A stretch of DNA of 64,000 nucleotides. It comes from Macrostomum hystrix (lineage: Eukaryota; Animalia; Platyhelminthes). A program made the position numbers and the translations under genes. Below the pieces are notes generated by a model that was not told the DNA's origin, did not search any database, and saw nothing but the letters and a program-made list of their open reading frames with translations. This document shows positions 50,701 through 62,935 of this stretch, piece by piece (the stretch's first letter is position 1; each line of letters begins with the position of its first letter). The stretch is taken from the NCBI GenBank assembly GCA_950097015.1, contig CATNEN010000038.1, forward strand, positions 6,696,001-6,760,000, read 5' to 3'.

Positions 50701-53700
50701 TGTCTTATCTGCCAGTCACTCTCTTATCTGCCAGTCACTGTCTTATCTGCCAGTCACTCTCCTGTCTGCCAGTCACTCTCTTATCTGCCAGTCACTCTCT
50801 TATCTGCCAGTCACTCTCTTATCTGCCAGTCACTCTCTTATCTGCCAGTCACTCTCCTGTCTGCCAGTCACTCTCTTATCTGCGAGTCACTCTCTTATCT
50901 GCCAGTCACTCTCTTATCTGCCAGTCACTCTCTTATCTGCCAGTCACTGTCTTATCTGCCAGTCACTGTCTTATCTGCCAGTCACTCTCCTGTCTGCCAG
51001 TCACTCTCTTATCTGCCAGTCACTCTCTTATCTGCCAGTCACTCTCTTATCTGCCAGTCACTCTCTTATCTGCCAGTCACTGTCTTATCTGCCAGTCACT
51101 CTCCTGTCTGCCAGTCACTCTCTTACTCGTATCTGCCAGTCACTCTCTTATCTGCCAGTCACTCTCTTATCTGCCAGTCACTCTCTTATCTGCTAGTCAC
51201 TCTCTTATCTGCCAGTCTCTCTGTTATCTGCCAGTCACTCTCTTATCTGCCAGTCACTCTCCTGTCTGCCAGTCACTCTCTTATCTAGAGACTCACCGCT
51301 TCAGCACAGGCGACTTCGTTGGCAACCGTCTGAAGTTTGGGCCGCAGCTGGCCTAGGTAGCCACTGCGAGCGTTCAGAATGGACTGGTGAATGCTGCTGC
51401 CTGATACAACGTGCACCACGTACTGAGGGTCGTCAGCCAGTTCAGCCAGCGACTTGACCGGATGGCGCTGCACTGTGATAGTCAGCTTGGCAGCAAGCTC
51501 ACCTGTATAGGTGCCAAATATGACTACAGTAAAGAGCCACCAGAATGCCAGAATGGTGCGCGGGCTGGCGGCAAACGGGAAGAAGTCCTGGCCCTGCTGC
51601 AGGAAGCTGCCCACCAGAGACCAGACGTACTCCTTGTACCAGATCTCGTCGGCGATGGCGAACGGGAGGCCGAGGTTCCAGGCGCTGAACGGATTGTAAT
51701 AAGCAACCAGGTACAAGATCATTGACACCACCACGAACATGCCCAGCAGCAGCAGCCAAACATCGTAGGTGAAGGGTAGGAACACGTTCCACAGGGCGGT
51801 CCCCTGAGCTGGTCGTTTTACCAGGATGGTGTGAGACATCGGCAGGATGTCGCTGGAGAATTCCACGCTGCCGTAGTTGCCGGAGCTTAGGCCGAAGAGC
51901 AGGGCAATGTCTGCGGCCTGAAGTTGAAACGAATCAGTATTGACAATAATAATTGATTACACCTGCCCCAATCAGGAAAGATCTGAACGTTTGTATGGCT
52001 GTTCAGTCCATGGACTGGGAGCACGCTACTCCAAATCACCCAAGCTAATGCTCGCAACTTAACCAATGCCTAAGTGCCTGGCTAAAGGTCACAAGTTGTT
52101 CCAGTCGAGTCGAGAATCGAACCACTGACCTTTAAGTTGAGAGTTCTACGCTCTATCCACTAGGCTGCAAGCACTAACGAAGGAAACAATACTTTTAGAT
52201 AATGATAAAAATAGTTAGTGATCAACTCACCCCGCTGGCTATGTCGGCGATGCAGTCAGTCTGACTGCCCGAAGCACTTGACGAAGATGTTGGGGGTCGA
52301 ACCAGCGACCTAAGTATGATTTGTGCGGTTAAGGCTTCTATTACAGAAAAATTTATTTTGATGAGCTATATTCTCCGATAGCCTAGAATTCTCACCTCAG
52401 TCCGTCTGCGCACCCACCTCAGTCCGTCTGCGCACCCACCTCAGTCCGTCTGCGCACCCACCTCAGTCCGTCTGCGCACCCACCTCAGTCCGTCTGCGCA
52501 CCCACCTCACTCTGCCTGCGCACCCACCTCACTCTGTCTGCGCACCCACCTCACTCCGTCTGCGCACCCACCTCACTCCGTCTGCGCACCCACCTCACTC
52601 TGTCTGCGCACCCACCTCACTCCGTCTGCGCACCCACCTCACTCCGTCTGCGCACCCACCTCACTCCGTCTGCGCACCCACCTCACTCCGTCTGCGCACC
52701 CACCTCACTCCGTCTGCGCACCCACCTCGCTCCGTCTGCGCACCCACCTCACTCCGTCTGCGCACCTACCTCACTCCGTTGACGTGCCCACCCCACTCGA
52801 TCCCAAGAGTTAGCTAGCTTTCCTGCAGACTTACTTAAAATGCAACGTTGTCTCCAGCACGCTTAGCAGGTCAGCATTGTAACCTTCAATAACTTTGCCT
52901 CCAATGCTGTTGCTGACATTTGTGTAGATGGTGTACGGGTAAATCTACAAAATAGTAAAAGTTGGGTAACACTTAATGTGTTAGCTTCCGCCTGTGAATT
53001 ATAAAAGCGGTTAAGTTGTAAATAAGGCAGTACTGAATTCCAGCGAGGAATTATTTAATTCCAGTATCAGTTCAGGACAGAAGCTGAAGTGCATGAGAGT
53101 GTCAATGAAAATTGCCGAGCTGCACAGTAAAATATTGCCCCCCCCCAATTGAGCCGTCCGACGTCTGGCCACTATTTATTTCTGCCCTGGGAACACGCAG
53201 TCCAATTATTAATTATGTTGCAGCCGGACCGGAAGCCTGATAAATTGATGGGATTTTCTTCCCCATACTCTCGGCAGGGAAGATGAGCAGCTCATGCAGT
53301 CTGGCCTCTGACCGACCAGAGTGCTGCCCCGAATTCGGGGGATTCCGATGACGTAAAAATTGCCCAACGCAAAAATCCCAGAAGAATTCAGTTAATTGAT
53401 CTGTAAAGCCTGCCTCACTAGCATCAGGCTTTGAAAAACAGTCTGTGGACTTTTTTCGTTCTACGATTCAGAGAACTCTCTCCCTCTACTCTGCCTACTC
53501 TGCCTACTCTGCTTAGTCTGACTACTCAGCCTACTCTGTCTACTCTGCCTACTCTGTCTACTCTGTCTACTCTGCCTACTCTGTCTACTCTGCCTACTCT
53601 GCCTACTTTGTCAACTCTGCCTACTCTGCCTACTCTGTTTACTCTGCCTACTCTGACTACTCTGCCTACTCTGCCTACTCTGCTTAGTCTGACTACTCAG

Positions 53701-56700
53701 CCTACTCTGTCTACTCTGCCTACTCTGTCTACTCTGTCTACTCTGCCTACTCTGTCTACTCTGCCTACTCTGCCTACTCTGTCAACTCTGCCTACTCTGC
53801 CTACTCTGTTTACTCTGCCTACTCTGACTACTCTGCCTACTCTGCCTACTCTGCTTAGGCTGTCTACTCTGCCTACTCAGTCTACTTTGCTTAGTCTGAC
53901 TTATCTGCCTACTCTGACTACTCTGACTACTCTGCCTACTCTGTCTACTCTGCTGAGGCTGCCTACTCTGTCTACTCTGCCTACTCTGCCTACTCTGTCT
54001 ACTCTGCCTACTCTGCCTACTCTGCTTAGGCTGGCTACTCTGTCTACTCTGCCTACTCTGCCTACTCTGCTTAGGCTGCCTACTCTGTCTACTCTGCCTA
54101 CTCAGTCTACTTTGCTTAGTCTGACTTATCTGCCTACTCTGCCTACTCTGCCTACTCTGCTTAGGCTGCCTACTCTGCCTACTCTGCCTACTCTGTCTAC
54201 TCTGTCTACTCTGTCTACTCTGCCTACTCTGCCCACCCTCTCTACCCAGTCTACACCGCTTACTCAGCCGCCGAAAAATGTGACAAATTTTTGCGTAGCG
54301 CCTGCGATTAAAAAGCAGGCAGCTGTTGCTACTTGTTGGCCGGGGCTTCACAAACCAGTTGTCAACAGGGGATTAATGACGGAAAGCTGTGTCTCCACCT
54401 GCTTCGCGTCTCAGCTCCCCGATCGTGTTTTTGTCTCTCTTTCTCTCTCGAGTTTTCCCAGTTACTGGACGGAAGTTTACGTTGATTTTAATACCTTCAG
54501 CTGGCCCAGCTGGCTTTTATTTCTCAAAGCACAAATATCACAGTTTGGTTTGGGGTGGGCAGCTAGGCAAAGTTTAGCGTCAAAATCATAGAGACGAGAC
54601 AGACTAAAGAAGAGAGAGTTGTCATGTGCGAGGGATTTTGGACAAATTGAGAACGATACTTTAAGCATAAGTTTAGATTGGGATTGGGTTAAGGAATTGT
54701 GGGAAAATTGTTACTGTTCAGAAATATTGTTGGAAGCGGTTGTAGGGATGGATTTTAGGGAGATTGTTGAGATTCTATAGAAGGTTGTATGGATTCGAGA
54801 TATTGTTCGAATTCGGGAACTCAAGAGAGTTTTGGGATTTTATGATTGTTGGGAATTTAGGGAGAATGAAGGGACTCAAGGGAGATTTTAGGAAATCAGG
54901 GAAGATTGTAGGTTTTCTGAGGAGATTGTTGGGATTATTTGGGTAAAAAATCCTAATTGTAGGGAATCAGGCGAGACTGTAAGGAATCAAAGGAGATTGT
55001 TGGGAATCAGGGGATATTGCAGGGAATCAAGGTAGATTGTAGGGAATCAGGCGAGATTGTAGGGAATCAAGGGAGATTGTAGGGAATCAGGGGAGATTGT
55101 AGGGAATCAAGGGAGATTGTAGGGAATCAGGGCAGATTGTAGGGAATCAGGGGAGATTGTAGGGAATCAGGGGAGATTGTAGGGAATAAAAAGAGATTGT
55201 ATGGAATCAAAGGAGATTGTAGGGAATCAAGGGAGATTGTAGGGAATCAGGGGAGATTGTATGGAATCAGGGGAGATTGTAGGGAATCAGGGGAGATTGT
55301 ACGGAATCAAGGGAGATTGTAGGGAATCAGGGGAGATTGTAGGGAATCAGGGGAGATTGTAGGGAATCAAGGGAGATTGTAGGGAATCAGGGGAGATTGT
55401 ATGGAATCAGGGGAGATTGTAGAGAAACAGGGGAGATTGTATGGAATCAGGGGAGATTGTAGGGAATCAGGCGAGATTGTAGGGAATCAGGCGAGATTGT
55501 AGGGAATCAGGCGAGATTGTAGGGAATCAGGGGAGATTGTAAGGAATCAGGGGAGATTGTAGGGAATCAGGGGAGATTGTAGGGAATCAGGGGAGATTGT
55601 ATGGAATCAGGGGAGATTGTAGGGAATCAGGGGAGATTGTAGGGAATCAGGGGAGATTGTAGGGAATCAGGCGAGATTGTAGGGAATCAGGCGAGATTGT
55701 AGGGAATCAGGCGAGATTGTAGGGAATCAGGGGAGATTGCAGGGAATCAGGCGAGATTGTAGGGAATCAGGGGAGATTGTATGGAATCAGGGGAGATTGT
55801 AGGGAATCAGGGGAGATTGTAGGGAATCAGGCGAGATTGTAGGGAATCAGGCGAGATTGTTGGGAATCAGGGGAGATTGTAAGGAATCAGGGGAGATTGT
55901 AGGGAATCAGGGGAGATTGTAAGGAATCAGGGGAGATTGTATGGAATCAGGGGAGATTGTAAGGAATCAGGGGAGATTGTAGGGAATCAGGGGAGATTGT
56001 ATGGAATCAGGGGAGATTGTATGGAATCAGGGGAGATTGTAAGGAATCAGGGAAGATTGTAGGGAATCAGGGGAGATTGTAGGGAATCAGGCGAGATTGT
56101 AGGGAATCAGGGGAGATTGTAGGGAATCAGGAGAGATTGTAGGGAATCAGGCGAGATTGTATGGAATCAGGGGAGATTGTATGGAATCAGGGGAGATTGT
56201 AAGGAATCAGGGGAGATTGTAGGGAATCAGGGGAGATTGTAGGGAATCAGGGGAGATTGTATGGAATCAGGGGAGATTGTATGGAATCAGGGGAGATTGA
56301 AGGTTTTTTGAGTGGATTGCGTGGATTCTTGGGAGATTGTTGGGATTATTGGGGTAAAAAGTCCATAACAATCATTTAAAGTCCTTCAGATAAAAGTGCA
56401 AATGGGACAGCACTAGGCCCCATTCACCATTAATCATTCCGAGCTAAAAGCATCAATAAAATTCTGAGAAGATCGGCAAAGTTCCTTTTTTGCCGGTGGG
56501 TACATTGTGAGGCGGTGGCTTACTGGCTTTCTTTGGCTGGATCACGAACTCAAGGCAACAACCCAGGATAAAGTTTACTTACTGAATTGAGTCTACTGCA
56601 GTGGTACTGTTTGCACAGTATGCCTCAACGGCTTGCGAAATCGAGCAACATTTTGTGTCTGACTTCGCAGCTCGCTACGGGCATCTGGCCAACTGCTAAA

Positions 56701-59700
56701 AAGTCTAGTGTCTGCAGTTTCAATTAAACACTCTTTGTTAATATTTCATCTGTCCCTCCTGTTGTAGTCCATCCCGTCTGTCCCGTCCCGTCTGTCCCGT
56801 CCCGTCTGTTCCATCCCGCTGTTCCATGCCGTCTGGTCCATCCCGTCTGTTCCATCCCGCTGTTCCATCCCGTCTGTTCCATCCCGTCTGTTCCATCCCG
56901 TCTGTTCCATCCCGTCTGTTCCATCCCGCTGTTCCATCCCGTCTGTTCCATCCCGTCTGTTCCATCCCGCTGTTCCATCCCGTCTGTTCCGTCCCGTCTG
57001 TTCCATCCCGTCTGTTCCATCCCGTCTGTTCCATCCCGTCTGTTCCATCCCGTCTGTTCCATCCCGTCTGTTCCATCCCGTCTGTCCCGTCCCGTCTGTT
57101 CCATCCCGTCTGTCCCGTCCCGTCTGTTCCATCCCGTCTGTTCCATCCCGTCTGTTCCATCCCGTCTGTTCCATCCCGTCTGTCCCGTCCCGTCTGTTCC
57201 ATCCCGCTGTTCCATCCCGTCTGTTCCATCCCGTCTGTTCCATCCCGTCTGTTCCATCCCGTCTGTCCCGTCCCGTTTATCCCATCCCGTCTGTCCCGTC
57301 CCGTCTGTTCCATCTGTCTGCCCCATCCTGTCTGTCCTATCTGTCCGTCCCATCCTGTCTGTCCCATCCTGCCTATCTTGTCCTGTCTGTCCCATCCCGC
57401 CTGTCCCATCCTGTCTGTCCCATCCTGCCTATCTTGTCGTGTCTGTCCCATCCCGCCTGTCCCATCCTGTCTGTCTCCAGTTCCTTGTTGTGTAACTGGC
57501 CGCACAATCCCACATTTATTTTGTCGCATTGACTTACAGCCGGTGAACAGACGTTCAGCACTCGACCCTTGAAGCTGACGAATTTGTTGGCGAAGAGCAG
57601 CTGCTGTTGAGTGTGCGGATCCACAAAACTAACAGTCAGGACCCCTCTAACCGGATCGAACCTTGCAGAAGAGACAAACGCAGCTTTCTCTCCGTACGCC
57701 CGGCTGCTGGTTGAGATCAGCTCAATGTTGGGCACAATGGCGTGCGAGTCAGCGGCAGAGAAGCTGGCGTTGTGTCCGCCCAGGCCTGGCGCCACTCCCT
57801 GATGCGGTGGAGAGAAAGTCTGACTTAAGGACAATTTAGGTAATCAATTTCGACCAATCAAAACAAAAATATGATAGAAAGAAATTTTATATCGACCCCA
57901 GCTTAGGCTATCGACCCCCAGATCAGGCAATCTATCCTGCAGTAGGATAAAAATTGTTGCCTTTATTAGGATTCGAACTTCAGACCTCTCTATAATAAGT
58001 TACAAATTTACGGAATCCATCACAGTTGTTTGTTAAACTAACATTAGAAAGAACACTTGGTAACTCCTCTTATCGTAACTCCTCGTGACCCGACGTTTAT
58101 TTTTATGCGGTGGTATTTTCGGATTCAGCAAAAAAAACACAGCTACTCAACGACTTGCTTGTTGACGGCATGATAAAAATCAAAGGCTTTCCAACACGCT
58201 TTCTTCTCAAAATTAGAATGCGAAATAGCGCTCAGAGCCTATCGCTAGATCGCTAATGAGAACCTTGGAAAGATTAGAAGTTTTGAACTGTTTGGAACAC
58301 GAGTTTCGGCCTTTTTTGCGCGAGTTAATTTAAAATAAGACTGAAAAGAGTCGGTCTCTGTGATTGAAGAGGAGCGGGATTCACCTGCCTTCGCATCTCA
58401 GTCGCAGTCAGAAGTCTCTCACCGTTTTCAGCGTCCTGGCAGCGACGGCCCCGGCAGCCCAGACTCCCGGCCTCTGGCAGCCAGCCGTGCTGCCGCTGCT
58501 CGGATCGCTGGCGTTCAGCCCGACCATAGACGTTGCCAAAGCCAGCACGGAGTCCACCGCTTGCAGCTGCGCGGATGTAAGCGAGTCGCCGCGACAGCCG
58601 GGCAGCACCGCCGTGAGCTGATCCGGGCAGCTGGCCGCTGCTGCAGCGAGACCCCAGGTGGCGCTGCGGACTAGCAGCAGGTTGACAGGAGAGCCTCCAG
58701 CTGGCAGCCAGGTGATCAGCTCGGCTGGAGAGACACCCGGATCCAGGACGAGCCACTGGTAGTTGACCTGGGTGGCGCCAGTCGCGTTGGCCTTGGTGTG
58801 TGAGCGGGACGGTGGGACGAGCGCAAGGTTGGGATCTACTAAGTGAAATCCCATTTGAAATTTGTGTATGAAATTAATGCTTCAAATTAAAGTGCCTTCG
58901 TCAAGAAATTTATAAAGGAGATGTAAGTTTTAAGCTGAAGCAAGTCAACTTACAATCATGTCAAGTTTCAAGCATGACAAGTTCAAGCATGTCAAGTTTC
59001 AAGCATGTCAAGTTTCAAGCATGTCAAGTTTCAAGCATGACAAGTTTCAAGCATGACAAGTTCAAGCATGTCAAGTTTCAAGCATGTCAAGTTTCAAGCA
59101 TGTCAAGTTTCAAGCATGTCAAGTTTCAAGCATGACAAGTTCAAGCATGTCAAGTTTCAAGCATGTCAAGTTTCAAGCATGTCAAGTTGTATATGATCTG
59201 GACAGTTTGATATTTCGTATTTGATAAACTTTACAAATCCCTTCTCACTAAAGCTACACAACATTAAAGGCTATAATTGGGACGTCTGGCGAATTTCTTG
59301 ACATCACGTGACAGAATTGCGGCTACGTTCAACAATGTGAGCCATCCGTTGATGGGATTGATGACAATTTTGATGAGACAATTAGCATGGGACCGTTAGA
59401 GCATGAAATAGCAGTTTCCATAACGAAGCAATATTGAGATATAAAACTGTCACAAGTGAACTTCACTTTAAAAACGGACGCGGATTCTCAGGTGCTTTTA
59501 AAAGCGTTTTTATCTATATCAATCTACGGCTCGAACTATTGGAAACGAAAGGATATATTAATGCATTTAATATTTTTTATGTCAAATGTAGCTATTCCAT
59601 ACGTTCCCGTGTTTAAAAGTAAACTAAGATCCTAAATTTTCTGGAAAAATATGAAGTCCCAAAAAAATTTTAATTATTAACTATGACGTCAAAAGGTAAA

Positions 59701-61914
59701 ATATAGTCGCTAAAAAATTATGAATAATTAGAGGCCGTCTTTAGGACACAATAAACCCGCAGATTCTGAAAAATAACTGGTAATTCTGTTAAAATGGAGA
59801 TTTAAAAGATTTAAAAGATTTAAAAGAGCTTTAAAACGTCACCAACGATAATGTACTTACTCGAGAGCAGAAACAGTCATTGAAGAATGTACAGTGAACA
59901 AAGTCCGTGGACACCCACTGGCTGCTACCCATTTTAAATATTTGTTAACTGAAGCGTTCCGCTATTTAATTTTCTTCACCCAAGTGCTCAAATTGATTAC
60001 TTTGAGCCAAGATTCGTGAGCCCAGCATCGACGTAACATTTTCATTGTCATGATGTTTTCACACTACTAACACACGCTAGGGATAAGTAGTAGCGTAAGA
60101 AACGTTTTTTAAATAATAAGCAAACAAACAACACGTGATTTCAATTACAGCTAGCAGGATCTCTCGCAGTCTCTCCTTTGAGGCCAGTACAGTCACCAGT
60201 CTGGCGGGCGCTGCCATAACGGACCGCACCACTCTGGTGGCGTTTCCAGGGCCAGTCAGAAAGGTTGAACAGGCGATCTTCTGAGCTGTCACGCGGGTCA
60301 CAAAGTCCTGCACCAGCTGGGTATCTGGTGGCATCAATTGAAAGGATTGAAATGAAAGGAGTTACCGCTCCTTGAAAAGCTTTTTTTTAGCTTAGTGCTT
60401 GGACTAACGTTTCTTTTTTACCTTGAGTCTCGTCGTAAATCAAAGCAATCTCTGAGACCTTCTCGAAACGAATGGCAGCCACGGCCGCTGCAACCTGCTG
60501 TGCAATGGGCTCTCGGCCGACCGCAACGAAATCTAAAAAAATAAACAGAATAGACATGACAATAGCCGCAGCGACCACGTGACACGTCTGAGGGCGGTGT
60601 ACAACTTTTCAGTCCATAGACTAGGGAGGCCACCAGACTACGAAATTTTTACTCCAGCGAATGCTGGCACCCATGAGCTAGGTGAAGTGAAGCAATGAGG
60701 ACTCAAACGTTTTGCTCGAGAAAACAAATTGTTTCCTTTGTTCGGCTCGGATTCGAACTCCCGACCTCTCGGTCAGAAGCCCAAAGCCCAAAGCCCAAAC
60801 CGCTGGGCAACAAGTCCACATGAGCATTCAAAAGCTTCAAGCTCCCTTTTTCGTAAAGAAGATGTGCTCACTGGAGTCGACAGAGATGTCGCAGAGTCCC
60901 ACCGGCACAGCAACAGTTGGGACGCCGAGCGATTTGCCGAGATCTCTAGCGCAGACGGCCAGCTCGCAGCTGCCCACAGACAGGAGGGCGCTCACATTTT
61001 GCCAGGTGCAAACTGAATTGAGTTGTTGGAAGTGATTGAAATATAAGTGAAGCCCACCGAATCCGAAGTAATTAATATTGAATCACGCACATCTACGTAC
61101 CTGTTTGTGCCAACAAATTCAAGTATTTTTTCAATGCTATGCAGTCTAAAAGTGACCTTGAATCACGCACACCCAGCGTGTCAGTGTGTTCCCTACTGAC
61201 TCCTGAAATTCTTGTAATAATCTATAAGTGACCTTGAATCACGCACACCCAGCGTGTCAGTGTGTTCCCTACTGACTCCTGAAATTCTTGTAATACTCTG
61301 TCTAGAAGTGACCTTGAATCACGCACACCCGGCGTGTGAATGTGCTCCCTACTGACTCCTGAAATTATTGTAATAATCTAGAAGTGACCTTGAATCACGC
61401 ACACCCAGCGTGTCAGTGTGTTCCCTACTGACTCCTGAAATTCTTGTAATACTCTGTCTAGAAGTGACCTTGAATCACGCACACCCAGTGTGTCAACGTG
61501 TGCCTCAATGAATCCAGAACTTTTTTACTTTCACCCTGCCTATAAGTGATCTTGAATTACGCACAACCAGCGTGTTCATCTTTGCTACCTGGAATTATGT
61601 ATTAGTGCGTTACTTCTGAATTCTAATTTACACCGGTTTCGCAAGATCTGAGAACTAAGATAGCGCTATTCACCTTTCTGAACAGCCGCCATGGCCTTGC
61701 CGACCGGAACAACAGCCATCTCCAATACCATGCGTTGATTTGAGCCTGCGGCAAAGTACAGCCAATTGTCATTTACAATGCGATTCACCGTGTTGACAAT
61801 CAGGTCAGTGGACACGGAAGATCCTTCTTCCAGTAGGACGCCGAGTTTAAAGTCCATGCCGCTAGCGGCGCGGGCGCTGAGAGCCAGAATCAGCAGAGCA
61901 CAAATATCCCGCAT
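47750..61914 (-). CDS. Divergent ionotropic glutamate receptor-family subunit (signal peptide, ATD, S1, M1-P-M3, S2, M4), about 841 aa, 11 exons
   Basis: Exons 61914-61674, 61012-60872, 60532-60422, 60324-60149, 58791-58423, 57798-57538, 52944-52835, 52309-52231, 51917-51297, 48819-48647, 47993-47750; phase-compatible (2526 nt). Motifs GRVLNVC..YPY, EGYNADLL, FLPFTYDVW, GSFLQQG, WWLFTVVIFGTYTGELAAKLT, ETGI..KY, M4 LLMLSVE. The exon 5 acceptor and extreme C-terminus are less certain. Confidence 0.88.
48030..48360 (-). mobile_element. SINE family A (tRNA head + CORE-like domain), near full length, in last iGluR intron
   Basis: Minus strand GGGGTTGTAGCCTAGTGGTTAGAGCG..GGTTCGATTCCCGACTCCA, then CTTTAGCAAGACACTTATCTCTG..CACCCAGCTGTTAAATGGGTACC. 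Confidence 0.88.
48930..49634 (+). mobile_element. 5'-truncated RTE-like non-LTR retrotransposon in iGluR intron 9, antisense to the host gene
   Basis: RT C-terminal/thumb motifs FTYLGG, DIARRRALAWGAFRSL, KGRLYQAVIETVLLYNAHTW, RRLQLAGHVIR; (TTG)n tail; TTGTTACCG at 48921-48929 and 49635-49643. Confidence 0.9.
50170..51285. repeat. About 20-bp minisatellite (TATCTGCCAGTCACTCTCT) in iGluR intron 9
   Basis: Seen directly; starts about 10 nt after the donor. Confidence 0.95.
51945..52170 (-). mobile_element. SINE family A copy filling iGluR intron 8
   Basis: Head GCAGCCTAGTGG..GGTTCGATTCTCGACTC, CAGTCCATGGACTGAACAGCC, tail GGGGCAGGTGTAATCAATTATT. Confidence 0.8.
52393..52780. repeat. 22-bp repeat (CTCACTCCGTCTGCGCACCCAC)n in iGluR intron 7
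   Basis: Period 22, about 17 copies. Confidence 0.95.
53480..54250. repeat. 9-bp repeat (CTACTCTGY)n in iGluR intron 6
   Basis: Period 9. Confidence 0.95.
54955..56300. repeat. 20-bp minisatellite (AGGGAATCAGGGGAGATTGT)n in iGluR intron 6
   Basis: Period 20, about 65 copies. Confidence 0.97.
56765..57475. repeat. 14-bp minisatellite (CTGTTCCATCCCGT)n in iGluR intron 6
   Basis: Period 14. Confidence 0.95.
58955..59190. repeat. 16-bp repeat (GTCAAGTTTCAAGCAT)n in iGluR intron 4
   Basis: Period 15-16. Confidence 0.9.
60600..60800 (-). mobile_element. Diverged SINE family A copy in iGluR intron 2
   Basis: Minus-strand B box GAGTTCGAATCC; TTCAGTCCATAGACT and ATGCTGGCACCCAT match the family. 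Confidence 0.6.
61150..61575. repeat. 76/80-bp tandem repeat (AGTGACCTTGAATCACGCACACCCAGCGTG...) in iGluR intron 1
   Basis: Unit starts at 61151, 61227, 61307, 61383, 61463, 61545. Confidence 0.92.
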
Positions 61915-62629
61915 TTTTTCAATCTCTTTAAGACTGCCAAAGAGAGCGCAGCTATTTGACGTCTCACTGTTTGACTCCCATTTTATATTATGCAAATATT
62001 ATGGATTAACCTGGTCAATTAACTGGATAGTCGGAAAATGAGAATAGATGTGAAATTCGACGACTTTTGGGAACAAAAGAATGCAAGACTTTAGCTAATG
62101 AGACATCGATTCTGTTGCTTTGAGTGGGATTTGCGATGTACTCAACCGCCTGTGAGCCTCTACATGGGATAATTGAGAAGTAAGGATCAATCAGACACCA
62201 CGGGATAATGAGGTGGTTTTCAATTACCCGACTTACCCCATTGCAAACAAATCAAAGATAAATGAAAAGGAGAATTCTAACGCATGATTAATTGATTGGC
62301 CAGGAGGTGTCAGATTCGCATGTCTCTTATTAGATTTTTTTGTTTAAACAAGAGCCCAGGACTGACCATTAGGCCTTAATTAATTTGGCTGATCTTTTGA
62401 CAGGAGTGTTCTCGTTCAGGAATAAAATATTTTTTGAAAAGTCGATGAGCCAATAAATTACTAGTTTCCGTTTGCTAATTTTCAAATTACTTCAATTCCA
62501 AGACGTTTTGTGAAGCTTCATGCAAAATAGACATTGTGATGACATTGGAATTCTCGTAAAGTACGAGCTATGATCTATTGTGAAAATAAAATTTGCATGT
62601 GACCTGACATTTGACAGTAATAATTTAGT

Positions 62630-62935
62630 TAATAATAATAATAATAATAATTGATTACACCTGCCCCAATTGGGCCAGATGTGCAGCCGAAAGCACAGCC
62701 GCAGCTATTGCGCGGCATATTTGAAGGCTGCGTACGGCTGTTCAGTCCATGGACTGGAGAGAACGCCACACCCACCTTCAATTATCCCAGCTAACACTGG
62801 TACCCATTTACCAGCTGGGTGAACCGAACCAATGCAGAGTTAAAGTGTCTTGCTAAAGGACACGAATTGTTCCAGTGGAGTCGGGAATCGAACCTCCGAC
62901 CTTCAAGTTGTGAGGGTACAACCTCTACACAGTAA
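62630..62935 (-). mobile_element. SINE family A with (ATT)n tail, upstream of the iGluR start
   Basis: GGTTCGATTCCCGACTCCACTGGAAC, CORE-like block, tail GGGGCAGGTGTAATCA(ATT)n. Confidence 0.88.

Noticed and set aside
59861-59961. Extra iGluR exon (AG..GTAAGT, 101 nt)
   Set aside because: Would shift the frame; direct 60149>58791 splicing gives a sensible ATD sequence.
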